From the NCBI RefSeq assembly GCF_030684315.1, contig NC_081391.1, positions 13,741,342 through 13,805,341 of the forward strand: a DNA stretch of 64,000 bases, read 5' to 3'. This DNA comes from Stegostoma tigrinum. Its lineage: Eukaryota. The translations under genes and the position numbers were made by a program. The stretch's first letter is position 1. Every line of letters begins with the position of its first letter. The notes below the pieces were generated by a model. The model saw nothing but the letters and a program-made list of their open reading frames with translations, was not told the DNA's origin and made no database searches. This document shows, in pieces, positions 1 to 10,350 of the stretch.

Positions 1-1333
1 TAAGGGATAGGATTTATAATCATCTAGAAAAGAATAAATTGATTTTGGGATAGTCAGCACGGTTTTATGAGGGGAAAGTCATGCTCATGCCTCACAAACC
101 TTATTGAGTTATTTCAGAAGGTGACTAAACAGGTAGATGAGAGTAAACTGGTTGATGTGGTGTATATGGATTTGAGCAAGGCATTCGATAAGCTTCTAAG
201 GTTCCCCACAAGAGGCTATTGTACAAAATGTGGAGGAATGGGATTGTGGAAGATATAGCAGTTTGGATCAGAAATTGGCTTGCTGAAAGAAGACAGAGGG
301 CGGTAGTCGATGGGAAATGTTCATCCTGGAGACCAGTTACTAGTGGTGTACTGCAAGGGTCGGTGTTGGGTCCACTGCTGTTTCTCATTTTTAATAGGTG
401 ACCTGGATGAGGGCGTAGAAGGATGGGTTAGTAAATTTGCAGACAACACGAAGGTCGGTGGAGTTGTGGATAGTGACGAAGGATGCTGTAGGTCGCAGAG
501 AGACATAGATAAGCTGCGGAGCTGGGCTGAGAGGTGGCAAATGGAGTTTAATGCAGACGAGTGTGAGGTGATGCACTTTGGTAGGAGTAACCGGAAGGCA
601 AAGTACAGGGCTAATGGTAAGATTCTTGGTAGTTTAGATGAGCAGAGAGATGTCGGTGTCCATGTACACATATCCTTGAAAGTTGCCACCCAGGTTGACA
701 GGGCGGTTAAGAAGGCATACAATGTTTTAGCTTTTATTAATAGAGGGATCGAGTTCCGGAACCAAGAGGTTATGGCGAAGCTGTACAAAACTCTGGTGCG
801 GCCGCAATTGGAGTATTGTGTACAGTTCTGGTCACCCCATTATAAGAAGGATGTAGAAGCTTTGGAAAGGGTGCAGAGGAGATTTACTAGGATGTTGCCT
901 GGTATGGTGGGAAGGTCTTAGGAGGAAATGCTGAGGGACTTGAGGCTGTTTTCATTAGAGGGAAGAAGTTTGCGAGGTGACTTAATTGAAACATATAAAA
1001 TAATCAGAGGGTTAGATAGCGTGGATAGGGAGAGCCTTTTTCCTAGGATGGTGACAGCGAGCACGAGGGGGCATAGCTTCAAATGGACGGGTGAAAGATA
1101 TAGGACAGATGTCAGAGATAGTTTCTTTACTTGGAGAGTAGTGAGGGAATGGAACGCTTTGCCTGCAACAGTAGTAGATTCACCAACTTTAGGTACATTT
1201 AAGTCGTCATTGGACAAGCATATGGACGTACATGGAATAGTGTAGGTTAGATGGGCTTCATATCGGTATGACAGGTCGGCACAACATCGAGGGCCGAAGT
1301 GCCTGTACTGTGCTGTAATCTTCTATGTTCTAT
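1..1333 (+). mobile_element. CR1-clade LINE (HER1-like), 3' part of ORF2 reverse transcriptase, degenerate; continues off the window start
   Basis: ORF fragments with CR1 RT motifs: [71 protein letters not shown]. Frameshifts, an in-frame stop at 919-921 and a (TTCTATG)n 3' tail at 1321-1333. Confidence 0.93.
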
Positions 1334-1517
1334 GGCTCCAACAGCAACGTTCAAAAGTTATGACGAATAATCCTTCAGATTAACAATCCAACAGAATTCT
1401 GCAAATCTGTGATGACTGTGGCTTCACGCACAACCTCAGATAGAAAAGCGAAGGTTTAGAGTATATTTTATTGTCATTTTCTGGCAAATACATTTACAGA
1501 ATGTGCACTTGTAGAGG

Positions 1518-1705
1518 AGGTCAAAGATCATTCAGCAATTCCATCATCGACCAGTTGTCAACCGTGATTCGTTTCTGGATCCAGTTCCCATCCTGCACTG
1601 ATTGGACGTGGCAACTGATCAATTGATTAACAAGAGTGATTGGCCATCACTGATGATGTCATTTCCTGCTTCATAAAAAGAGGGGCTGCCCCTGGAGTAT
1701 AAATA
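1518..1705 (+). promoter_or_regulatory. Proximal promoter of ferritin copy A
   Basis: DR1-like AGGTCAAAGATCA 1518-1530, inverted CCAAT (ATTGG) at 1601 and 1639, TGATGTCA/TTTCCTG at 1654-1668, TATAAATA 1698-1705, about 90 nt upstream of the ATG. The module is conserved upstream of 7 of the 8 copies. Confidence 0.75.
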
Positions 1706-1790
1706 GAGTCCCACGGGAATGATGTTGATTGTTCTTCCTAATTTTGTTATTTTGGTGGTGAGGAGAATAAAAGAAATTTATTGTCACAAG

Positions 1791-4700
1791 ATGGCCTCCC
1801 AGATCAGTCAGAACTATCACCAGGATTGTGAAGCTGCTGTCAACAAGCAGATTAATGTGGAGCTCACTGCCTCCTATCTCTATCAGTCTTTGGTGAGTGC
1901 TGTCTCTCGGGGTTAAACATATAAATCTGTTCTGTTGAAGTAAATTCTTTGCCTGGCCTCTAGTGAAGCTGACAATCTAGTAGATTGAGGTTTTGTGGCT
2001 CCTACCTAAATATCAGTTCAGGATAGAGGTGGTGTTACTATCACGATGGTGTAGGATACTGATGTATGTTAACTCAGGTCCCAGTTGGCCTTCAGTGGTA
2101 TCTGGAGGGTAAAAGCCTCTTGCTTTTGTTTTCTTTCTGACACAAGTTTCCTGACTTCATTTGCCTGATCTCTGTGGTGGTCCTAAACAAACATGCTGAT
2201 TTTTTTTAACACTGACAATAACAATAACTTCCCTGTTGCAGTGGCCCTTGTTAGTCTGAACAAACCTGAAGCTAGTCTGTGACTAGCATCTGTTTTAAGT
2301 AGATCTCCTTCATTGAGGCTGACTTGGCTTTACTTGTATTTATTCAAGATGTGGGTGTGGCCTATCCCGTCCCTACTGAGAGTTGATCTGCTGTGTGTGA
2401 GAAATGTTGGATCCCCACTCTGCCCCTTCTCCACCCCACCCCATGCTGGGGCTGCTGGAATGTGCTGAGGCTATTAGCCCAGTGACAGTGAAGGAATGGA
2501 GGTTGTTCCCATATCATTTAGCTTGACCTAAAACAAAATGTCCCCTCTATCCCAGTGGTGATGTGCTTGTGCCCTTCCAAGGAGTAGACTGTGCTTGGAA
2601 GGTATGTGTTGAAGTAACCTTGGTGAGTGCTGCAGGGGACCTGGTAGGTAATGGACCCTGAAAGGAGGTGGTGAATGCAGTCCCCATGAAGTGGGCTGCT
2701 CTGTCCTGGATGGTGTCTGCTTCTTGCATGTTGCAGGTCCCCTTCTCCAGACACATGGAGAATATTCATCTCTCTCTGGGCTTGTGCCTGTTGTGAGGAA
2801 GTTGTCTTGTAATGAGGACTAAGTCCCTATAAGCCTCACTTGGGAGGTGGGACAGCTTTATTGGTGATCCAGTGGTTGGGGTTTAATCACTGTGTCCCAA
2901 CTCTGTTGGCACATGCTTCCCAAGGATAAAATCCCGACTATCTTCTGCCATGACGTGTAACTACCCACTTAAACCAGAGATTTTTGCTTGCCTGACTGTG
3001 GTTTTTGGATTTGTGGATTAAAGTAACTTTTCAGGAGTCCTTCCCCAGAATGTAACTCTTAGCTGATGCTTCCAATAGTGACGATTAGCTCTTAAACCCT
3101 TACATCGAATTGTGAACATGACAGTTTAGATATGAGTCACATGGGCTGAAAGCCGACAGGATTTTTTGCCTGTTTGGGTTAAGTCAGGGCAAATGCTTTT
3201 CCAGGTTACTGTTTTCACTAGTGACGTTATCTACAGGCCACTGATATTTGACATTTGATCATTTGTTTCAGTCATGTGACTTGGTGCAAGTTTCTGACAG
3301 CCTGAGTTTGCACTATTTTTAGGCAGAGCAATAACCCACTGCTGCAACGATCCAAAGGCTGTTACTGGGCAGGCTTTCCTTGGCATTATCTTAGTGCTAA
3401 ACATCATACTGAAGATAGCGTACCCGTGTAGAGTTAATGTGTACACTTATGTCCAAATCTCATTGATCCTGGGTTTGTAGAAAACATTCTCCCTACTATT
3501 CATTGACTAGAACAAGGTTCAACATCTTTTTTGAAAGTTTACCTGAAAGGCAAAACACAGTGCCTTGTGGCTCCTCCATCCTGTGTACATCCTGTACGCC
3601 AGCTCCTGGCACTTCCTGAAAGCCTGTTCAACCAGTAACTTCATCCAATTCTGTTGGAGATTAATGAATAGAAGCATGAATTCAGCTCTGTCTCTCCACA
3701 AAGGCTGTGCCAGGCACTCCTGAGCTAATCACCAGTAGATTCAAACCAAAATAAAACAGTATTTTTGGTTCCAGGAGGAAGCTGGACTGTTGTGATTTTG
3801 CCCAGTTGCTGGTGAATTGAACAACACTGGGTTCACAATCTGTTCAGTGTCTGACACATGAGCATGCCTTCTGTCAGTTTGGTTTGAGTGCTCAAGTAGT
3901 CTTGTAGTTGAGAACTGCAATGGGGAGTGAGCCAGTGATGTCGAATGTAACTTGAACTTGTTCTTCCAGATGTCCTACTTTGCCCAAGACGATGTTGCCC
4001 TCCCCCATTTCTCCCAGTTCTTCAAAGATCAGTTCCAGGAGAAGCGGGAACATGCAGAAAAGCTGCTGAAATTCCAGAATCAGCGTGGCGGCCGAGTCCT
4101 CCTCCAGGATGTGAAGGTTGGGGTTGGGTGGTGGGGGAGTGCAGGGTGGAATGGCTGCTCTTGCGGTGTCATCTCCAGTGACAAGATTTTCAGATCCTGA
4201 GCGAGTGTGGAAAGTTCTTTTGCTTGGCTTCCCTGTTTGCTCTCCTCCATCTCCAGTGTTTCAGCATTTATACAAGCCTGACTTCCATCAAACAACCACC
4301 TCAGCCTCACCTGCTCAAAGGACAAGGAAAACCCCAGCCTGTCCAATCTCTCTCCTCACAATGGATTTTCTGTCTCGGGGAAACAACCTGGGGACCCTCA
4401 CCAGCACCCCCTGCAGTGCTATCCTGTCCTTCTGACTAGCGAGGCCAAAGATAGAATGCAGCAGAGGCCGGAAGAACAATTTTCATAAAATGTGTTCAAA
4501 GGACTTGTCCCTGTGCTGTTCCTCACAACCCTGCCCCAAACTAACACATGTTACTTGGCCTATGTCCCCTTTCACACACAGTTTGCCTTGTGTGAGCATT
4601 GAGGGATCGATGATCCTGTGTTTATTGTAAGCACATTACTGCCCCCGACAATGAATTCAAGTAATGATGGTTCTGACCATGCCGCTCGGGCATGTATGAG

Positions 4701-5999
4701 GCCACAAGCACAAGTGAGACTTGAACATCAGCCTTGTCAACCGGAGCTTGGGACACTACCGCTACTTCCCCCACAGCCCTTGGGATTCACTCATGAATAT
4801 CCTTTTTAAGACTCCAGCAGATGGACACTGGTGCAAATGACTAATCTGGTACATATTTATTCCCTGTGGTACAAGGATATGTTCCTGAACTTCCGGCTTC
4901 AGGTCAAGGATAAATGGGGCAAGGTGAAAGGAGTCACCAAGTAGCTAATGTTTTCTTTATCTGGACTTCAGGGATGGCACAGTGGCTCAGTGGTTGGCAC
5001 TGTTGACTCAGTGCCAGGGGTACCAGTTTGGTTCTGGCCCGTGACGAGAGTTTAAACGTTATCCCAAAGCATAGCATCCCCACACAGTAGAAAAGAAGAT
5101 TGGCAACTTGAAATGCAGGTTACACGAACAGGGTGGGAATGGGACCAGATGGGATGCTCTTCAGCAGTTATGGTCTCAGTGGGGTGAATGGCCTGCTCCC
5201 ATGCTGCAGGGATTCTGTTTCTGAAGCTTACCTGTCCTTCTCTCCATCCATAGAAGCCAGAGAGGGATGACTGGGGTAACAGCCTGCAGGCAATTCAGGT
5301 TGCCCTGAATCTGGAAAAGAATGTGAACCAGAGTTTGCTGGATCTACACCAACTCGCCACAGCCCAGACTGACCCTCATGTCAGCTTCACCTCCTCATTC
5401 ACATCACTGCTAGACCCTCAAGGTAACGTTTCATTGGTTGGTCTGTGTGGATTGGAAATTCACTGAAGTAACACTTTCCATCCATTACTTTCCTGAACTA
5501 TTGTAACATTGATCACTTGGGATCATACTGATTACAATGAGGTATAAGGGGAATTTGATCTATAATCTAGTGGAACTGCTGAAATGACGTTGGCCACTGA
5601 GTTCTTCATTAGTATCATTGCAGTGGAATGATCATTGTCCATCACAATCCAACTCAGCTCCATTTCACAAACAGCAAGATGGAGCAGCTGACATGTTGTC
5701 CTCACTGGCACAAATTCTCCAGGTGTTAGCTCGCTTTTCAGGGCTGTCCAGAGCTAGTCATGGCTAAGTCTGTCTTGCAGTGGGAATTCTGAAATTGTCG
5801 TGGATAGTATAAATGTACCAAGTGTCATATTCCTCTGTTGCAGCTGTGTGACTTCCTGGAGACTCACTATTTGGATGAGGAGGTGGAGATCATCAAGCAA
5901 CTTGGGGACTACATCACCAACCTGAAGCGCCTGGGAGCCCCTGAGAATGGGATGGGAGAGTACCTGTTTGACAGGCTCTCCCTGGAGGACAGCAGTTAG
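1791..5999 (+). CDS. Ferritin subunit, copy A (4 exons, 176 aa; H/M backbone with L-type K62/E141/L173); apparently intact
   Basis: Exons 1791-1892, 3970-4116, 5254-5379, 5844-5999, all GT-AG and phase 0 at the canonical vertebrate ferritin positions. Protein [45 protein letters not shown]...[13 protein letters not shown]...[18 protein letters not shown]...DRLSLEDSS*. Confidence 0.92.
4971..5210 (+). mobile_element. Degenerate tRNA-derived SINE (HE1-like) in intron 2
   Basis: GGGATGGCACAGTGGCTCAGTGGTTGGCAC...AGTGCCAGGG A-box-like head. Homologous remnants lie in intron 2 of the other copies (e.g. ~14906, ~21335, ~28376, ~45625, ~55618, ~63536), so it inserted before the array expanded. The 3' boundary is approximate. 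Confidence 0.6.
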
Positions 6000-7680
6000 T
6001 GTGGCCTGGAGTACTGTCTGCTTGGTCTGAATGTATTCCCTACTTCACCCTGGACAACCTGTCTCCTTCCAAGGAGAAGGGGCTTGTAGCAAACAATGTA
6101 ATGGCTGAACCAGCTGAGTGGAAATGAATGAAATGTATTGATGTTGCTTATTGTCCATCATTGAGACCCTTGATATTAAAGAGCTTTTGAGAGCTTCAAG
6201 CCTGTAATTTTGGCTAATGAAATTATTAATTTGACAGAATATTTCCCTGGTCTTCCCTCCAACACCACCCCAGCATCAGTCTCGGAATTCCCGTGGAACT
6301 TCCTCTAAGTTATGAATCCAAGTTATTCCTCCAGCCAGAACTTGAGGTTGGGGCCTGCGGGGTGTCAAGTCACTTTGTACTATTATCCCACACCCAGGTA
6401 TGATGAATACAGGTGCAGCTAAAATTTTCATTGCTTTCGAAAGAGAAAACACCCCTGTTTGGCCGAAAGAAAGACTTGACACCCACTTTCACAGAAACAG
6501 GGCTGTAGGATGCTTTATGTTCATGTCTAGTTTGCTTAGCAATAGCTTCCCTGTCAACCTCTGTCAACCTCCACCAACCGAGACTGATTGCTAAAGTCCA
6601 CACAAATCACAAGTTGATGCCAATGTAAATTCTGTGCCAGCTGGCTCAGCTTGCCTCAACAAGAGCTTAAGGGAAGAGATCCAGCAGCGTCCCCTCTCTA
6701 GCCTTGTGGAGGAACCAGCAATGCTGGGAGCAATAAAATTAAACTTAGCAACTGGGATCTGACACACCTGGTCTATTCTGTTCAAATCAATGTTATTACT
6801 TTTTCCTGACAGTGCATCCTAGATTCACTCAGACCCAGTTGAGGTTCAAGCCAAGACCAGCCCTGTGGCCTCCTGATCCCCACCACCAACTGCCTGCCTC
6901 CGGACAGCCATCAGCAGTTACTCACAATGACCAGTTCATTTGTTCCTTCGCCTGAGGAACATGCGCTGCCCTCCCAGGCGATATGGATTAAATACCCATT
7001 GTAGCTCGACAAGAAAGCTCACACGGGGGGAACCATTTCCCAGGAGTAATCCAAAGCTGTCCTAATGTGGCTTTGCTCCGTTTACTTCCTTGCTCTCTGC
7101 CAAGTCTTGGTCAAAAACCCCACCACGCCTAGTAATAAACTTCAGGCCAGCCAGCCCAGAGATGGGAATATTCAGCACAAGTCTGCTTGAAAAAATTCAC
7201 CTGAACTGGATGCACTTAATGGCACCTACAGCAGGATAATAGTGACCTGGGAATAACACAGCAACGCTCCTGGTTAAATGCTGCCATTTGATTGGCTCTT
7301 GCTGCTCAAGCCAGCATTGAGCGCACTAAGCTGCTCCCTTGGTTCCTCTGAGCTTCCCCCACGGGGAGGGTTACTCCTGATGCAGGTTGATTTCACCCGA
7401 TCACATTGAAGGAGCAGTGTGACTCAGGGAGGAGAACTGGAGATGCTGACTTTCCTGAATGGCTGCTTCCTTTATCTTTCGAGGTGTCAGAGATCGTGGT
7501 TTAGGGAGGGGGCTGTCAGAGACATCCTGGGGAATGTTTCAGGGAGCTTTGTAGCGAGTGCACACTGCAGCCTTCACTGAGGTGTGGGTCTTTAAGGCAC
7601 TGAATGTATTTGTTCCACCACGTAGAGTTTTATTTTAAACCATCTTGAGTCTTGGGTGTAGAATCCCTGCAGTGCGGGAA

Positions 7681-7760
7681 GAGGTTGTTCAGCCCATTTA
7701 GTTTGCACTGATCCTCTGAAGAGGTTGTTCAGCCCATTTAGTCTGCACTGATCCTCTGAA
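7681..7760. repeat. Direct tandem duplication, 2 x 40 bp
   Basis: GAGGTTGTTCAGCCCATTTAGT(T/C)TGCACTGATCCTCTGAA occurs twice. The same duplication is at ~48318-48398. Confidence 0.9.
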
Positions 7761-7799
7761 CAGCATCTTGTTCAGACACACCCTGCCTTCTTACGCCAT

Positions 7800-7960
7800 C
7801 TTTCCCACGGCCAGTCCAAAATAAACTGCATGTCTTTGGACTGTGGGAAGAGGCCCACACAGGCACGGGGAGGATGTGCAGCCTCCACACGTGACTGAAA
7901 TTGACCCCAGGTCCCTGGCACTATGAGGCAGTAATGCTGACCATTAAAATACCCTGCCAT
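7800..7960 (-). mobile_element. Degenerate HE1-like SINE, reverse orientation
   Basis: CTTTGGACTGTGGGA...ATTGACCCCAGGTCCCTGGCACTATGAGGCAGTAATGCTGACCA is the reverse complement of a SINE tRNA head. Homologues at ~17340-17520, ~23745-23995, ~31170-31350, ~48440-48600 and ~58030-58282. Confidence 0.55.
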
Positions 7961-8089
7961 CCAAAAGTTACAAAAAACAGGAACACTCTGTTGCATAGAA
8001 TTAGAGTGAATGACTCGTTTCTCACGGAAACAGACCCTTCGGTCCTACCTGTCCATGCTGACCAGATTTCCCAACCTGACATAGTCCCA

Positions 8090-8281
8090 AGATAATAAAA
8101 TGTGAGGCTGGATGAACACAGCAGGCCAAGCAGCATCTCAGGAGCACAAAATCAGAGACGAAGGGTCTAGGCCCGAAACGTCAGCTTTTGTGCTCCTGAG
8201 ATGCTGCTTGACCTGCTGTGTTCATCCAGCCTCACATGTTATTATCTTGGAATTCTCCAGCATCTGCAGTTCCCATTATCA
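8090..8281. mobile_element. Short palindromic Penelope-derived non-autonomous element with ~14-bp TSD and a degenerate hammerhead core
   Basis: ~60-bp inverted arms (ATAATAAAATGTGAGGCTGGATGAACACAGCAGGCCAAGCAGCATCTCAGGAGCACAAAA and its reverse complement). TSD CTGACATAGTCCCA 8076-8089 / CTGACATTGTCCCA 8282-8295. Absent at the paralogous site ~48715. Confidence 0.85.
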
Positions 8282-8954
8282 CTGACATTGTCCCACTTGT
8301 CTGCCTTTGGCCCATATCCTTCTAAACCATTCCTTTCCATGCAAATCTCCAAATGTCATTTAAATGTTGTAATTCTAACTACCTCCACCACTGTCTCTGA
8401 CAGCTCGTTCTAACAATGCACACCACCTTCTGTATGAAAATGTTGCCCCTCATGTCCCCATCAAATCTTACCCCTCTCCCCTCAAACCGATGCCCTCTAA
8501 TTTTGGACCCCACCTGACCCTATCACAGCATGCTTTTTATATACAGTCAATCTTGAGTGTGCCAATGGCAAGGCTACATTTAGTGCTCAGCAACTGTTAC
8601 ACTTCAGGAGATGGTGATGAGCTGCTTATTGCAGTCCACCTGGTGTCGGAGAGACCGGAATGATGCTGCTGCTGTTGCTGAGGAGGGGCTTCTGGGATCT
8701 TCACTCACAAACACTGATATTATTCCAAGTCAGGATGGTGATGGATTTACTTGGAGCTGCTTCAGTGTCACTGGGGCGGCATTGAGCTGGAAAATTGCAA
8801 ACTACTCCAGCATTATTCCCAACTTCAGTCTTATCGATGGTGAACAGACTCTGGAAAGTCTGAAGTAGAGTTATTCACAACAGAATTCCCAGACTCTGAC
8901 TTGGTCTCAAAGCCATGAGCACATGAATTAGGATTGACCTCTGCCCATGGTTTC

Positions 8955-10350
8955 TTAGAAAATAGAACCTAGAACAGTGCAGCACAGTTCACGCCCTTCA
9001 GCCCACGATGTTGTTTCGAACTTTTATCCTAAACCCAAGGACGATCTCACCTCCACTACCTTATATCCATCTGCTTATCTAATAGCCGCTTAAAATCCCC
9101 TAACGAGGCCGACTCCACTGCACTCTCCGGCAATGCATTCCACGCCCCAGCCACTCTCTGAGTAAAGAACCTACCTCTGACATCCACCCTATATCTACCT
9201 CCACTCACTTCAAAACTATGCCCCCTCATAATAGCTAACTCCATCCTAGGAAAAAGTCTCTGGCTGTCATATCTGCCTATACTTATGATCATTTTGTACA
9301 CCTCTATCAAGTCACCTCTCATCCTTTGTTCTGAAGAGAAAAGCACTCGTTCTCTCAACCTTTCTTCGTAAGACCTTCCCTCCATTCCAAGCAACATCCT
9401 GGTAAATCTCCTCTGCACCTTTTCTAACACTTCCACATCTTTCCTGGAATGAGGTGACCAGAACTGGACACAATACTCCAGATGTGGCCGAACCAGGCTT
9501 TTGTATAGCTGGAGCATAACTTCACAGCTCTTGAAATCAATCCCTCTATGAATGAAAGCTAACACACCACATGCCTTCTTGACAACTCTATCCACCTGAC
9601 TGGCAGCTTTCAGGGAACTGTGGACATGAACCCCGAGATCCATCTGCTCCTCCACACTGCCAAGAATCTTTCCGTTAACCCTGTATTCTGCTTTAAAATT
9701 TGTCCTTCCAAAAGGAATCACTTCACGCTTTTCAGGGTTAAACTCTGTCTGCCACTTCTTAGCCCCGCTCGGCATCCTATCAATGTCCTTTTGTAACCTG
9801 GAACAGCCGTCCACACTATCCACAAGTCAAATCACCTTCGTATCTTCCAAAAACTTACTAATCCGCCATTCCACTCCTACATCCAAATCATTTACCAAAA
9901 TCGTAAATAGAAGAGGACCCTGAACAGACCCTTGAGGTACACCACTCGTAACTGAGCGCCATGTTGAATATTTTCAGTCAACTGTCACCCATGTCTTCTA
10001 TGGGTCAGCCAATTCTGAATCCAATCTGTCTCATTTCCCCCGTCACATGCCTCCTGACTTTCTGCATGAGCCTGCCATGGGGAACCTTATCAAACGCCTT
10101 ACTTCAATCCATGTATCCCACATTCACTGATCTACCTTCATCCACACGTTTGGTCATCCCTTCAAAGAATTCAATCAGATTTGTGAGGCATGATGTACGC
10201 CTCACAAATCCACACTGGCCATCACAAATCATACTGTGCCTATCCAAGTGATCATTAATTCTGTTTCTTACAGCCCTTCCCATTAATTTGCCAACCACTG
10301 ACATAAGACTAGCTGGCCTGTAATTTCCAGGGTTACCCCATTCCCTTTTT
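8955..10350 (-). mobile_element. CR1-clade LINE, 5'-truncated, reverse orientation
   Basis: Minus-strand ORFs 10104-10385 (NPGNYRPASL...SCLTNLIEFFE) and 9056-9823 (LVRPHLEYCVQFWSPH...). Boundaries approximate. Confidence 0.92.

Noticed and set aside
321-788. Long minus-strand ORFs over CR1 elements (also 40894-41484, 41018-41503)
   Set aside because: Antisense shadows of LINE ORF2, with no independent protein signature.
1592-1600. TGCACTG / TGCACTT as metal-response elements
   Set aside because: They do not match the MRE core TGCRCNC at the last position.
1662-1673. TTTCCTGCTTCA resembles the 5' arm of the FTH1 IRE
   Set aside because: It has no CAGTGN loop or complementary 3' arm and lies upstream of the TATA box, outside the likely transcript. 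It is better explained as an ETS-like site.
4971-5030. tRNA gene
   Set aside because: Only a decayed tRNA-like SINE head; no complete cloverleaf.
7681-7760. 40-bp repeat as a CRISPR-like array
   Set aside because: Only two adjacent units with no spacer, in a eukaryotic context.
8090-8281. Palindromic elements as miRNA precursors or DNA-transposon MITEs
   Set aside because: The arms match a Penelope terminal repeat, the structure is asymmetric (a tail on one side only), and TSDs are 14 bp, all favouring a retroelement origin.
8611-8868. Recurrent short ORF MVMSCLLQSTWCRRDRNDAAA (also 31771, 39917, 49044, 58709)
   Set aside because: Start codons, lengths and stops differ between copies, and no protein family is recognisable. 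The recurrence reflects duplicated intergenic DNA.
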